NCBI GenBank assembly: GCA_021613535.1
Contig: CP075493.1
Coordinates: 6,944,001-7,008,000, forward strand
DNA from: Adineta vaga
Taxonomy: Eukaryota > Animalia > Rotifera
Direction: 5' to 3'
DNA length: 64,000 nt
Shown: positions 1 through 13,799 of the stretch, one piece after another
Layout of the letters: each line of letters opens with the position of its first letter
Position numbering within the stretch: position 1 is the first letter of the stretch
The notes under the pieces: model-generated
Seen by the model: the letters and a program-made list of their open reading frames with translations, nothing else
Database searches by the model: none
Told to the model about the DNA's origin: nothing
Made by a program: the position numbers and the translations under genes

Positions 1-1879
1 GAGGAACATCGGGCCACCCACTGATATAGTTAGCATTGATATATGATGAAATTGGATCACCGGATAGTTCAGATAATTTCACTCGAGAATGTTCATCTTC
101 AAAAAGACAATAGAAAGTCGAATTTTGATTGAAATATGATAGTCATATATGAAGTTTTTACTTGCAATGATTGTACCATAACGATTTTTTATACCAGCAC
201 CATAGATACGAAGTTTTTCTAGATGATTCGTTGGTGTTGACTAAAGAAATAACAGATTTAATAAGACGAAATCATTTTCTTTTTCATTCAACATACCCAA
301 AATTCTTGATAAAGTGCTCGTGTATCTTGTGCATGTTGATAGAGTTCGTTAATAGTTAATTTTCGCGTTGCTGTCTGTAGATATTCATCTGATGGACTAC
401 TAAAGAAAAGGATTATATTTCTTATAAAAATACATCAATTATTTTCTTACCAATCCACTGGTGGACTATTTAACCGAAGTTGTATTGGAGTAACGGATAT
501 TGTCAGTGAATTGTTCGACCCTCTCCTACGAAAAACAAAGCAACTTTCTATATTCGATCAATAATATTATGAAATTTGACAATAAATCTATTCTGATTTC
601 TATCTTTCTAAGATAGGACTACTAATAGATAGACAATTACCTTCGTTTGAATAAAAGTGACGTTGATGTAGTCCAAAACTTATAACTCAAAAGTGGAACA
701 TCGGCATCCATCTTGCTGATATGGATACGTAATAAAATTCTATTGAACTTGTCAAAATGTCATCTAATTGATGATAGAATACTTTGATAAAGATATTTAA
801 ACTATCAAATTACACTTGAATTTAATAACGAGAAGAAAAGTGATATCACTTTGCAATAATCTAAGTATATGTACAGTAATAATACAAAGGAGAAAATAAC
901 ACACACATCTTCAATCAATGTTTCTATTAAAATATTTGTCACATGTATATGTGTACACACGAATTTTTCTAATTGTTCACTCAACCGTAGTGTCATTTTT
1001 CAAAGTATAAAAAAGAGACCTTATCACTATCAAATGTTTTTTTTTCACGACTATCAGTCAAAACCACCTACACAAATTTTATTTTCACACGTAACAGATA
1101 AATAAATTACCTTTGTAACAGATTTTTCTTCCGAATCGGTTTCACTGTTTCACGTTCGGATGATGAATATGAATCTTCAGTAATATCTATTGGAAATTTC
1201 GATGCCACTGGATACAAAATCATTTCTTTTGATTTCGTTCTTTTTTGCTGCATGGATGAAAAAGGTGTCGATTCAGATGGTTCAATTTGAAGTTTTTTTG
1301 ATAATCGTTGTTGTCTCGAACACCAATATATCTAATACAAATCACGAAAGAAACATTGGTGTATATACAAAACATGAAAATTCTTTACCACTCCAATAAC
1401 AGTGATTAATGCGAATAAGACAATTGTACCAATGGATAAAACGAGAATATTTTCTGTCCATAATAAAACCGAATTTGTTCTATCCTTCTTATTCAACTAG
1501 AGAAAAGTAAATAGATAAGAATTAATTTAATCATCTTTCTATCTATTGTATTAGTTCAGTTCAATTAGTACTATGTCAAAAACTAGCGTTTGAAAAATAG
1601 ACAAGTTCAAGTATAATTATATGAATAATATAAGATCACTGAATAAAAATGAGCTTAAAGACATCCGTTTTGACTTCGAAATATCGTCTTCAAGTGTTAT
1701 TAGCATGAATATTAATTTCCGTCATAGCTATTAAAAAGAATGAAGAGGTGGATAAGAAAAGATGCTAATAGATACGTATGAAAGTCGAAGAGAGTATAAT
1801 TAATAGGCTATATAAAATGAAATCTTACCGTTTGCAGTTGATCATCCCAAGCAAATACTTGTGTTGTTTCCCTGATCAT
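1..1879 (-). CDS. KIM-containing protein tyrosine phosphatase (PTPRR/PTPN5/PTPN7 family), 5' part; runs off the window start
   Basis: Spliced exons give MIRETTQVFAW, a TM segment (ILVLSIGTIVLFALITVIG), a KIM-like LLQRRGSNNSLTISV, EYLQTATRKLT...LYQEFW, KNRYGTIIANEHSRVKL and SYINANYISG (PTP motifs 1-4). Confidence 0.85.
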
Positions 1880-2418
1880 GATTATTGATTGAATTTAATA
1901 AACATGTTTCTGAACGATTTAAATGCGTGTTTTAACAAGAAAGAAAATGATAAATGATATCTAATGAGAAAGAAAAGAAAGAGACATTTTATAGTAAAGG
2001 AACATAGTTGAAATTTCACACCTACTCGTTGTCAATGCATTCGATTTAGATTGCCTTTTTCTTCTTCTATAAAAATCTGAAACAAACTGAACACACACAC
2101 ATATATATATATAAGCATAAGAAGAAGAAAGATACGTTTGTTATATTTAGTTAAAGACGACTAGATCGAAATTGGAAAAAGAATATGATAAACAAAATGA
2201 AACTATTATCGAATGAAATAAAAAATATACAACTGGAATGATAAAGACAGAAGAAAAAAAACTGTTGATAATTAAGATGATGTTTCTGGTTGAGAAGTTG
2301 GCTGAGCCATCGAAGAGGATTCATTTGCCATAGACTAAAATATAATAATTTGAGATACTTCATTCCAAATAGGATTAGGGGATAGCATGAAGATCCGATC
2401 ACAAGACTAAGGCTTTTC

Positions 2419-3965
2419 TTATTGTTCCTGTCTAATCTAGGAATTCAGTGAAAAATACAAAAAACTCTTTTCATCCTATAAACAAAATAAAGTACATTAA
2501 TGTAAAAGTTACTAAGAGGAAAAAACATTTATTTATAAGAGAGAATATTTTTAATTTTCTTTTTAAAATGACTCGAAATAATTTAAAATATCATGCCAAT
2601 AAACTATCAAGGTATGATCGAAGTGTTTGTTATGAAAAATTTTTTTCTCACAAGTTATATAAAAGTGCCTGAACCAAAAGAACAATTTAATTTACATCAT
2701 TTTCAACAAAATGATACGATGAAAACACATTTTCACATTATTAAAATTACACGAACACTATCCAAATAGAGCCGTAACAATAAATCATTCGTCTAATGAT
2801 GTTGAAAACTAATTATATGGAATTAGCTTTCTCGTCTAATAGAATAGTCATTTATTTACAGCGTCTTACTCATTTCAGATGAATGAGTAGATTAAGGCTA
2901 ATTATGTTGATGAAGGCAATGGGAAATGTACTTAAAAAATGTCTGAATAGTTCTTTCATAGAAAACCTATTCAATAGTTACCTCAGTTGTAATATTAGAT
3001 AATTGTTTTTCTTTATGCATATTTTCATGTACAGCAAGTATTTCTTTTAAACCACGATTTTCAAGTACTAATGCTTTGATACGTTCTTCTTGTGTTGCAC
3101 TATTTGTATCATCAATAGTAATTGCACGTTGCATAATTGATGCCATTTCTTGAATCTTCGATGTTTTTTCTTGAATTTCCTAAATAGAATCGAAGCACAA
3201 GCATAAATAATTCGTCTATCCTTATTGCTAAGATCTAAATATAGATTGGATTCTATTCATTTTCTGATCGATTAAATACGTCTGTTGATCGATATGACTT
3301 TGCTAACGGCTAATCTTGACAAATCACGCTATATGATAATATTGTCACATGAGAAAGAAAATCTGTTGCTTTTTATAGATGCCACCTTTATAATGAGTGA
3401 AGGTTATGATCTTTAATACGAAGTATTAATTACTTAGTACCTGTGCTAATCCAGTATTGAATAATTGCACAGCCATTTTTTCTTTTTCTTCCATCAATTG
3501 AAGTTGTTGAACATGTTGTCGATATTTAAACATGATTTTTTCTAATACACTTCGATGTTCTGTTACTAATTGTTTAAGTTCTTCATTCTCTTTTTGTAAT
3601 TGTCTAATTAGAAAATTCAAATTCGTTAAACTTTGCTTTGTCTTTAATGAAAACAAATCAAACTAACTTTATCAGACGATTTTCTTTTTGAATACTATAG
3701 AGTATAGCTTGTTTTGGGCGATGTGTACTGATATCATTCAATTCAGCAAGATCATCACCATACTTGATACAAAAGAATGGAAAATAATCTCATTTAGAAA
3801 AGAAGAAAACATGTAATAACAAACGCTTACCTGTTTCATGCTTAATATCTTTTCTTGAACATATTGAGCTTGACTTACAGCTGTATCTGCAGTGGCATCA
3901 TCACGACGTAATCGTGAAACAAGTTCACGTGCATTAGTTAAAATTGTATCGAGAGATAAATTCAT
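2419..3965 (-). CDS. FGFR1OP2: FGFR1OP2/SIKE family coiled-coil protein (STRIPAK)
   Basis: MNLSLDTILTNARELVSRLRRDD..., QKENRLIRQLQKENEELK...EHRSVLEKIMFKYRQH, KIQEMASIMQRAITIDD...LENRGLKEIL. The last short exon (2419-2436) is uncertain. Confidence 0.85.
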
Positions 3966-6401
3966 GTTCAGCACATTAGAAAAAGACAAGACAAGACACG
4001 AAAAAAACAATTTGTTTGTTTTGGTGCAAATTGTCAACCAATCAATTAGACAAATTTTGTAGTTCAATTTTTATGTCCAATTGAAGATGATTAAAAAAAA
4101 ACGTTTTTATTTGAGATATTCAACATTATTGAATATCAAGAAAAGATGTACTGCTATTTTTAACTATTCAGATGTCGCTAATGCTATGACATGTCTATAG
4201 ATACTTATTACTGACTGTCTATCTATTGCAAAATTCATCGTTCGTACTTTGTTCTGTTAAATCATGAATACGTCAGCAAACAAGAAAAAACACTACACAC
4301 TATACTATTTTTTCCTTTCGTACTGATTTTTTTAATGGTAAACACTTACTGCAGCAGTTGTGATTATATCATATATGATTGCTTCAGATTTAGATGAATA
4401 TGATAGAGATACTCGTTTTTTCTCGAGTTGAAGTAAGATTTTGACGAAATAAATTCATTTACATGCTTGTTATTGTATGGTGTTGATTAATTTTCCGTTT
4501 TGTTTAGCGGAAATATATGTCAGCAAACATCATATGCTGTAACACTCTAGAACATGAATCTGTTACACAAAAAAATAGGAGTAAATGACAAGGAAAGAGT
4601 GTGGGTGTCAGTAATTTTGCATTGTGTTATTTTATAATTACATGTATATTGAGAAAAACAGACTTTGAAGAAAGCAACAAAAAAATGAGAAAATAAGAAA
4701 TAATGTTTTAAACATCTGTCATAAACAGCTATGAGGCAAACACAGTACAAAGGCATTAATTTAAAAAAACGCCTTTACAGTTCTGTTGCCATAGTATTTA
4801 GATTGGTATGATCCCTTTTCATTTATTATAATACTTATGAAAACTCGATTGAGGGTTGTATATTTATGTAGAGAGCGAATATTATCTTGATGAATCAGTG
4901 TACAATTTTATGGAATCAAATAAGCGAGACAGTCTTGCGTGATATGAATTAACTGAAGTTTATTCGTGATCATTTTCATATATGTATAGAAACTTGACAC
5001 TACTATGATATTAACATTTAAGCCATGATGAAGTTGTTCATTGTTTATTTATATAATATAATAGTAAATTGCTAAAATACACAACATTCAACTGATTAAT
5101 TGCAGATAGAAATAGGCAGTGATGACTAGATTCTTGATTTTAATCATTGAATGATCAATTATCATTCTGATTTAGATTTACATTTACAGGAAGTGTCATT
5201 TTTACTACTCGTGGCATACCATAGATAATTGAACTTACCACGCAGTGTTCTTTGAAATGACCAAACATCAGAAGAGGTATCAGTCGCAAGTAAGCAATCT
5301 CGACTGTAACTAATGCCTATCATCCCATCTATATCATTTATAAATAGTGAAATTACAACATACATAATTCTGTTCTTCTGTATATCAGTAAAAGTTATCC
5401 ACTTCATCTATCGCACGATCTGCTGTTGTCTCTTAAATCTTATTCTCTATCTTTGTATTTGCCAGATAGGACTTATGCATTAACTTTTGAACAAAAGAAA
5501 AACGTTCAATGAGATAGCGTATTTATTCCATTTTATGTGTTTTTGAGGACTATTGAAGATGATTATGATTCTTCTGAAATCGAAGATTCGTGCAAATATC
5601 ATTAATCGATTGATAGTGTGAATGAGCTGTAAATGAAATCATTCTAGAATAAAGGGGAAAAATATGTATATGCTAGTAGCGACAAAAAAGTACTCATAGT
5701 GACAGTTTATGAGACGTTTTAGATATAAATAGGATTTTCAAATGGAACATCAGTAGGAATAGCAACATTTTTTGCTACTATCTGTTGTAGATAGTAAGCC
5801 GCGTCACAGCCACGATAATTACCTAATACTTTTTGCTTCATTATATTTTCAATGATTTTCATATGGGATTACATCCTTCTTTAGGAACCTATGCTTTTCA
5901 AGAAATAATAGAAGAATCAATTGTAAATGTTGATATCTAAAATATATAATTGAAATGAAAGCGTATAAAGACGGATTTTTCAAATTCCTATATAATAAAA
6001 GAAAGACTGATCGAATCGAAGGAAGTTATAATTGATAAATCTTTTTGGCAATAGAAATTTTTTTCTTAGGAGATTGATCACTATTAAATATAGTACCATT
6101 TACAATTATATAAATTTACATAGTAAAACGAATAGTATTGTTAAATGTTCATTTAAATACTGGACTTTAGTGTCAAGCACAAGTGAAAATCTTATTTCCA
6201 AAACCTGCATCACGTTCTAATGACAAAATGAAATCGATTGCTTTTTTTCATGCTTGATTCAAATGAATAAATTCTTTTTATTCAATATATAAACTCAATT
6301 TAAACACGATAGTTACAGAAAAATAGAATTATCACTCTTTTATTTTTCTCCTATGAAAAACATAATAGAAAGCTTTAAAAAGAAAAAGAAATAACGATGT
6401 T

Positions 6402-9400
6402 TTATTTGTTTTCATTTACAATTGATTCATCGTTTGTTTGTTCATCACTTTCAGCATCTACGTTTTCATTAATAAGACTAGGATTGCAAAGAAAAGGGCT
6501 ATGTGTCTAAAAGAAAACAAAGATTTCAGTCTTTAGAAGTTTTCTTTTCAATGTATTTACTCGATCACTGTTTGGTGATAGAATTTGAATGCTAGTATTT
6601 TCTAGAAGAAAAGGTTGTTCAAGAGGATTCACCGGATGTTCTTGCCATTCACATAAAGTTTTTGTTGCTCGTATTAGTTGTGTACTACCTATTTTAATTT
6701 AAAGAGAAAACAAAAGATCTGATTTTAGAAGAGAAAGTTTATATTGTTGCATAAACCTCGTCGTGACTTATCATGTTTGTCAGAGAGAGATGTTCGACGA
6801 CTTGATGACGGTGTTGATGATCCACTTCCTGCATATGACGATTGATCTGAATGAACACGTGATAGTGAATAACTACGAATATGATCAACATTGCTAAAAG
6901 TTGGAGATGATGTAGATGAGATATTTGAAGCAAGTGGACGATTCATTATTGGGACATTTTTACTAATTGATGGACGTTTTGGACCAGAAACTAATGCTGC
7001 ACGACCTAAAATGAAATGTCAACCATTTGCAAAAATGAGCGGTCATCCAGCATCTATTAACATACCTGGATGATTTGGTAATGCTGATACATTAAATCCT
7101 ATAATTAAGAAAAAAAACACATTCTTAATGTGTTAATATGTAATCGATACTCGTCTTCATCTTTTCAATACATAACAAAAATGATATCATTCTTTTTTTT
7201 CTTTTTATAGACGAGCTTATTCTGTAAGATGATAGTTACCCTATATCGTCTGTCGATATTAGTAGTGGTTATTCTATTAAAATATCATCTCGTTGGTCAC
7301 ACTTATAGTAATAATGTATAATGATAGTGGATGTGAGACGTGTGCGTGAGTAAATGTGTACATATATGTACATATGTATGATACAGATTAATCAATCGCT
7401 GAATGATGGTGAGAGATAGAGAAGAGACAGTAAATGTCTGTCCTACACTTGATGACAAATCAGTTGAATGATACAAGAATCAATATCAATGCGAAGTTTT
7501 CTATTTATCTTAATAAATCTATTTTTTTCAAAATGTTATTCGTCGAATTTATCTTGTATACCATGTACATCTACTTCTTATCGATCATGTTACAATTGTT
7601 TAAATCAATTTCCAATTGATCGTTCACATGTAGAAAAAGTGGATATTATTTGTAATGATACATATAATATTTTTAGTGAACAAGAACGTTTCTATTCAAT
7701 TATTAAAACTTATATTACACGAAATTGTACGATGAAAACATTTTATTTTGATCAATATTCATTATGGAATTATCTTGAATCAATGTCAGTTACTCATGCA
7801 CATCTAACACGTTTATCACCTGTCATATTTAATCGATCGTTATCAGAATCTCCAATTCTATACAGTATTAAAACATTGAATTTTTCACATAATTCTCTTC
7901 GATTATTGAACAAAAATTTCTCATATTACTTTCCATCATTAGAAAAACTTGATTTAAGTTATAATCATTTGATTCTTATTCGAAAAAAGACATTTATTAA
8001 TTTAATTCATTTGAAAGAACTTTATTTGAATAATAATTATTTAAAACAAATCTTATCAACAAGTTTTCCACAACAATCATTACATTTCATTAACTTAAAT
8101 CATAATCGTTGGCATTGTTCCTGTCGAAATGTTCTAACTCTATCGATTAGTCGACCTATACCAATCTGTCAAACACCAATTCAATATAAAAATCAAAATG
8201 CTGGAGATATTGCTAAACAATGTTTTCTTCGACGAAAAGCAAACATTTTAATTACAATAAATCTTAATAAACAAGAGAATTTAACCTGTGCATTATCATC
8301 TATTATTGATATATGGAAGAATAAAATAAATAAAAATATTACTCTACTATCTGCTTGGAATAGTGAACAACATCGACCAATTACTATCGAATATCTTTAT
8401 ACATTTAGTAAAAATACCGAAAAATATCTTATCTGTTTTAATCTTACATCGTTTCCAACGGAAACAATCTATACAATTATTCCTCTCGTATTTAACACTA
8501 CTTTGTCAAATGATATCTCTCAAATGAATACTACATTGTTATTATCTGTTGTAAAACCTTCGACAAAACTTACACCATTTCTTCGTTGGATACTAAATAC
8601 AAGTAAAAATTTACTTCCATCATATTTTCGAACAACTGATAAGCAAGTTTTAATATTTTGGTTAACTCTGTTAACTACATTATTCATTATATTTTCATTT
8701 CTTACATATTTTATCTATTATCAACGAACGAAAAAAGCGGATTATCAAGTTCATTCATTTTCTAATCGATTCATTAGTTTAGAGAATAAACCTGATCATA
8801 CTCGAACAATATTTAATATGAAAATTAATTGTAAAAATCACAAATGTTTATGTCAATATCGTCGAAATGATCATTCATTAATCTATTCAACAAAAACAGA
8901 TGATGATATCAATATTCGACCTCTATTAATCCAACCAGCAGAATTACGTTATGCAAAAATTAAACAAATATCATCAACGAAAGATCTAGATTTGGATAAT
9001 TCTACCGGACATTTTCGAACAATAGTTAAATTGAAAAACTCTACCTGATTGATTTGTTGTATTTATTGGTGTGGTTTCTAATCCAAGTATTAAAGCGATT
9101 TTTGATAGTTTTATTTGACGTGCTCTACAGAAACAAAGAAAAATAAAATCAATGTCAAGATTGTAATGATTTGATTAGAAAAATATATATATATATATAT
9201 ATATGTATACCTTTGACGACCTTCAATTAGATTTTGTTTAGCAGTCATACAATGAATATGATTATCAAATGTAAATTTAGCATTGAGAATAGGTGGACTC
9301 GTTTTAACATAAATATTTGTAACCGGTTTATGGATTGTAATATGAAGAGAATGACTATCTTCTTTATCATTTAGTACGTCAACATCCTATAATGAAAAGA

Positions 9401-12400
9401 AAACGTAGATTATAGTAAAAGTTATTCTCATTGTATATTTTGGAATTATTCAAAAAGTGTATTAAAGGTCAAGCTATGACAATAGTAGTTTCGTCTCAAC
9501 ATGCTAGACGTCTTTGACTATGTTGTTTTAGTTACGGTTCGTAATTGTGACCGTGACCTTAATTCGTGGTCATGGTTAATATCTACACATATTCAATCGA
9601 TTTTTTTTATCACAATCATAATATGAAAATATGTTTAGTAGAATATAACGAAAATTCATATATCAAAATTTGATACTAACTTGCATTAGATCAGAAAATT
9701 TGACAAAGCCCCAACCAACTTTTTTAATATCTGGCTCAATAAGTATGAATTGCATTTGATCAATAACAAGAAAACGACGATCTTTTCTACATTAATTCAA
9801 TAACAATAATAATAATAATAATAACAAAACAACCAATTTATTTTGTTATAGCCTACTTGTCTTGCATATGAATGGTACATGCAATTAAATCTCTGTTATC
9901 TTTAAAGAAAAAGAAGAATATAGAAAACTTAATCCTTCAATGGAATAGTTTGTTTTTACTTACTTAGATCAAGTCTGTCATTTTCTTGGAATAAATTCTC
10001 TGGTTTTGTTAATGGTAATTCTGTTTCTGATGTCGAATTCAATTCCAAAAATAATGCTCGAATAAGAAAAAAGACTCGAATTGACTAAAATATAAAGTAT
10101 AGAATTCTCTTCGAAAATGTCTCTATTCAATTTGAATTACTCGTCTTGTTCTTTCAATATCACCCGATGGTAAGCGTTTCATAAATTCAACTCCACTTAA
10201 TGGTGTTGTTGTTGTTGGAAGTAACATACATGAATCTTTCAATAAATATTCAGTTCGAACTGGATTCAATTGCATTTGCCGATATTCATCTTCGAACATA
10301 TCAACTGATAATCCTTGTTGCTAGAAGAATTTTTAAATAGAAATATGAAATACAAAGATTTCTATTACTGAAAAATATCGTCGTAAAGCTTCGGTAGCCT
10401 GTTTAAGAGCATGATCAATTTGAGAAGAATGTTCTTCGGATAAATATGACGTATGATTATCTTCATCATAGACGAGTTTTTTCAATAGTAATATTGCTAA
10501 ACTCAAAGTAGCAATGCGAATACTAGAATCTAAATGAACGAAATGATTTCGAAAGAAAAAAGAAAGTTGTAGATGAATACCTGGCGTCGTAGCTAATTGT
10601 AGTATGTGGCAAAGTTTATCGACAAGTACTGTATTGTAGAAACTTTTGTCCTAAAATTTGCCAAAAGAATATATAGATAAACAAATTAGAATGAAATAAA
10701 TTTACTGATGATTTAGTTGTTAAACAAACTGATTCGATAATCACACTATCTACCGCTAAAAAATCCGAAAAAAAATGATCGATCTATGCACTGAAGTTAT
10801 TAATAAGCTTACATGGATTTGTAGTCATTGTTAATAAGACACTCAATGCATAGAAGCATGATTGATCATTTTCATCACATTGAAGTGCATGTATCAATGT
10901 TCCGAAATAAGGTCTAAATCGAATAAATACTTCTCTTGTAGCAAAAAAAAGATTGTCTATCTGAATCATTACCTATCAGCTAACTGAGTATTATTCAATC
11001 GCATTGGATCTTTACTACGCCGTGATTTTTCATCATCTGTCCAATTTGAAACATACAAAGACGTTGGTATTGATGTTGTGTCAACTATTTTCTTATTCAG
11101 AGATAATGATGACGGAGAATGTATGCGTGAATGTTCACCTTCATATCGACGTCGTTCATCTTCATCATTGATATCCACAACTTTCAATGAAACATCTAAT
11201 TAACAAAGAATTTTCTAAAAATATCAGTAGAAAGATGATTACTTGAATCATTTGTATCCTCATCACTTTCTCCATTGGATTCATTGTTAGCAAAACAAAC
11301 TTCAAGAGCAGTTGGCGGTAAACTATATGAAACCTGAAAGATGTAATTGTAAGAATTGATAATTTGTAGTCTTCGTAAAATAAAACTCTTTTTCTACCTG
11401 TTGCCCGTAACGCAATTGAATAGCTTCGACAGTTTCAATATCTGCTGAAATGATAAGATCAGCTAATTCTTCGACTACAGGTCGATAATCAATAACAAGA
11501 AAGATCTAAAGAATCAAAATTAGAAAGCTTTCCAAATAAACTTGAAGATTTTTACTTCAGCAAGAAGAAATAAAGTTGTCAATTGATCAAGCATTACTCG
11601 TGAATCCTGAAGAAAACGAAAAATATGATCATAAAATAACATTCTTATTCATTTTCAAACTTTCACTCGAGAAAATTTATCTCGTTTTATCAATGAAAAC
11701 ACATAAACCGGTATCAATAATCGATTCATTAATTGTTCTTTCAATACATTATTCAAACTATGAACATTCAATAAAAATATATCTTGAATATAATGTATAT
11801 GATCCAAATATTCTTCTAAACTCGATGTTAATTGACCACGATTATTAATTCTAAAATCATCAATTCAATGATTAACATTATTTTTCTATATTTCACTTTC
11901 ATACTCTCGATTATTTCGTACTAAATGATCGAAATCTAGAACATGATTTCGAACAAACCAAACAAGATTAGAAAAATATTCAGTTGCTGTACAATCCAAT
12001 ATGAATCGATGCATAGCTGGATCAGGTACTACAAGTAAAAAACAAAACAAAAGACTTTGATTCAACTGATATCTCAAAATAACATATCAAACCTTTATAC
12101 ACATTGAGAGTTAACGTTCGTACAGCAATGCGAACCATTGTCTCTGGATGATTAAAAAATTTTATTGCTTCAACATATAATGGAAAATCCGAATTTCGCT
12201 AAAGATAGAATTCACTATAGAAATGACAGAAAACGATGTTGTAAAACAAATCATACCTCATTGTAGAAGAAATGAATCGAATGTTTATTTAATTTTAATG
12301 AAAGTGTTTTTAAAAATGATATATAATATGCAGTTATTTCTTCATCACTAAAATCAAATTTATGTAAAATAATACTATCTACATGATTATTTGACAGAAG

Positions 12401-12910
12401 ATAATCTATAGAAAACAAAAGAATGAAAATTTATTCGAAAATAGATATTCTTACATAATGATGTTTCATTACGAATATTTTCAAATAGAATATTCAATGT
12501 TTGTAAGATTTGTACACAGATATAACGTCCATTTTTTTGACGCATATAATTAAGAAAATAGATTAATGTACCATTTTCAAGAAAATAACTAGAATTCGAA
12601 GTTTAATTTGTTATACATGTGAGTTTTAAAGACCTACTCAAATACAGAACTATCATGTTGGTCGCCCCATATCAAAATTTCTGAAATACTCCGTAATGTT
12701 TCAATTAATAGATCACGATTAACATCAGAAACAGTTGGATTTCGATGTAAAACACCATATAAATATCTGAATAGAGAGAGAGAGAGAGAAATAGCACGTC
12801 ATTAGAACTGTCTCTTTGATAATATCTTACTTGAGATTTTCAATTGAATGAGGATTTCTTGGTTGAGTTGCTCCGAACAATGTATTTCTCGCTCTTGTAA
12901 ATAAATCCAT
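6402..12910 (-). CDS. CLEC16A: CLEC16A/gop-1/Ema (FPL domain), multi-exon
   Basis: [113 protein letters not shown]; Ser-rich tail exons at 6402-7100. Confidence 0.92.
7468..9048 (+). CDS. Intronless extracellular LRR single-pass membrane protein nested in a CLEC16A intron
   Basis: 526-aa ORF: signal-like N-terminus, LxxLxLSxNxL repeats ([22 protein letters not shown]), LRRCT ([10 protein letters not shown]), TM segment [25 protein letters not shown]. Confidence 0.85.
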   Translation: MIQESISMRSFLFILINLFFSKCYSSNLSCIPCTSTSYRSCYNCLNQFPIDRSHVEKVDIICNDTYNIFSEQERFYSIIKTYITRNCTMKTFYFDQYSLWNYLESMSVTHAHLTRLSPVIFNRSLSESPILYSIKTLNFSHNSLRLLNKNFSYYFPSLEKLDLSYNHLILIRKKTFINLIHLKELYLNNNYLKQILSTSFPQQSLHFINLNHNRWHCSCRNVLTLSISRPIPICQTPIQYKNQNAGDIAKQCFLRRKANILITINLNKQENLTCALSSIIDIWKNKINKNITLLSAWNSEQHRPITIEYLYTFSKNTEKYLICFNLTSFPTETIYTIIPLVFNTTLSNDISQMNTTLLLSVVKPSTKLTPFLRWILNTSKNLLPSYFRTTDKQVLIFWLTLLTTLFIIFSFLTYFIYYQRTKKADYQVHSFSNRFISLENKPDHTRTIFNMKINCKNHKCLCQYRRNDHSLIYSTKTDDDINIRPLLIQPAELRYAKIKQISSTKDLDLDNSTGHFRTIVKLKNST

Positions 12911-13164
12911 CAATACAAAAGAACGAAATTTAAGTTATATCTACAAGTGTCTGCAGATGAAAATCTATGATGATATTAGTTTTTCTCTTATCTCAAAAAC
13001 AGAAAAAGATATGTTTATTTCTATCCGTCGATGGATTGATTTATGTTTTATTTAAAAGAAACAAGAAAAAAATATACTGTTTCTCATCAAAACAACGGAT
13101 GTTCCTGTTAATTTTTGTTATCCTTCTTTTGTTTTTGTGTTCATTGATGTTACAAATAAACTGT

Positions 13165-13799
13165 TTATTCTCTATTCATCATCTTTTGTCGTTTAAGTTT
13201 CTTTTTCGATTCTTTCTTCTTCGCTGATGGTTCATCTTCAATGGCACCACCAGTACGTGTTAAGATGTTTTCTTTTTCACTTAAGATTAATTCAATATGA
13301 CATGGCGATGATTGATATGGATTGATACGACCATGAGCACGATATGTTCGACGACGAATTTTTGGTGCACGATTGACTTGAATATGATCAATAACAAGAT
13401 GATCAACATCAAGACCTTTAACATCGGCATTTGATTCGGCATTCTTTAATAAGTCTAAAAGAATTTCAGCAGATTTCTTTGGCCATCGTCCTTGAGAGAC
13501 TTTGAAAACTTTAGCTTGAGCCTTTCGACTAACACCACCATTATATCGTTTGAATGGAACGATTTCTTTTTTGTTGATAACATTTTTTAAATAACGTGTG
13601 GCACGTCGTACAGGCATGCGTCGAAGTGCATTTGCTGTTTCACGTGTATTTTTAAAATGAACACGTAAGTAAGCACCTCGAGCTTTACAAGATTTGGTAG
13701 GATTTTCGACAGCACCTAGATATAAATTTGAATAGAAAACGGATCTTTTTTTTCGATTTTAAAGAGAAAATAATGAAACTTACGTGAATATCGAACCAT
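13165..13799 (-). CDS. RPL17: 60S ribosomal protein L17 (uL22)
   Basis: MVRYS|..[21 protein letters not shown]...[10 protein letters not shown]...[25 protein letters not shown]. Confidence 0.98.

Noticed and set aside
7468-9048. Intronless LRR gene (and likewise IBA57 and TM2D3) as horizontal transfers
   Set aside because: The architecture and motifs are typically metazoan; lack of introns alone is not evidence of transfer.
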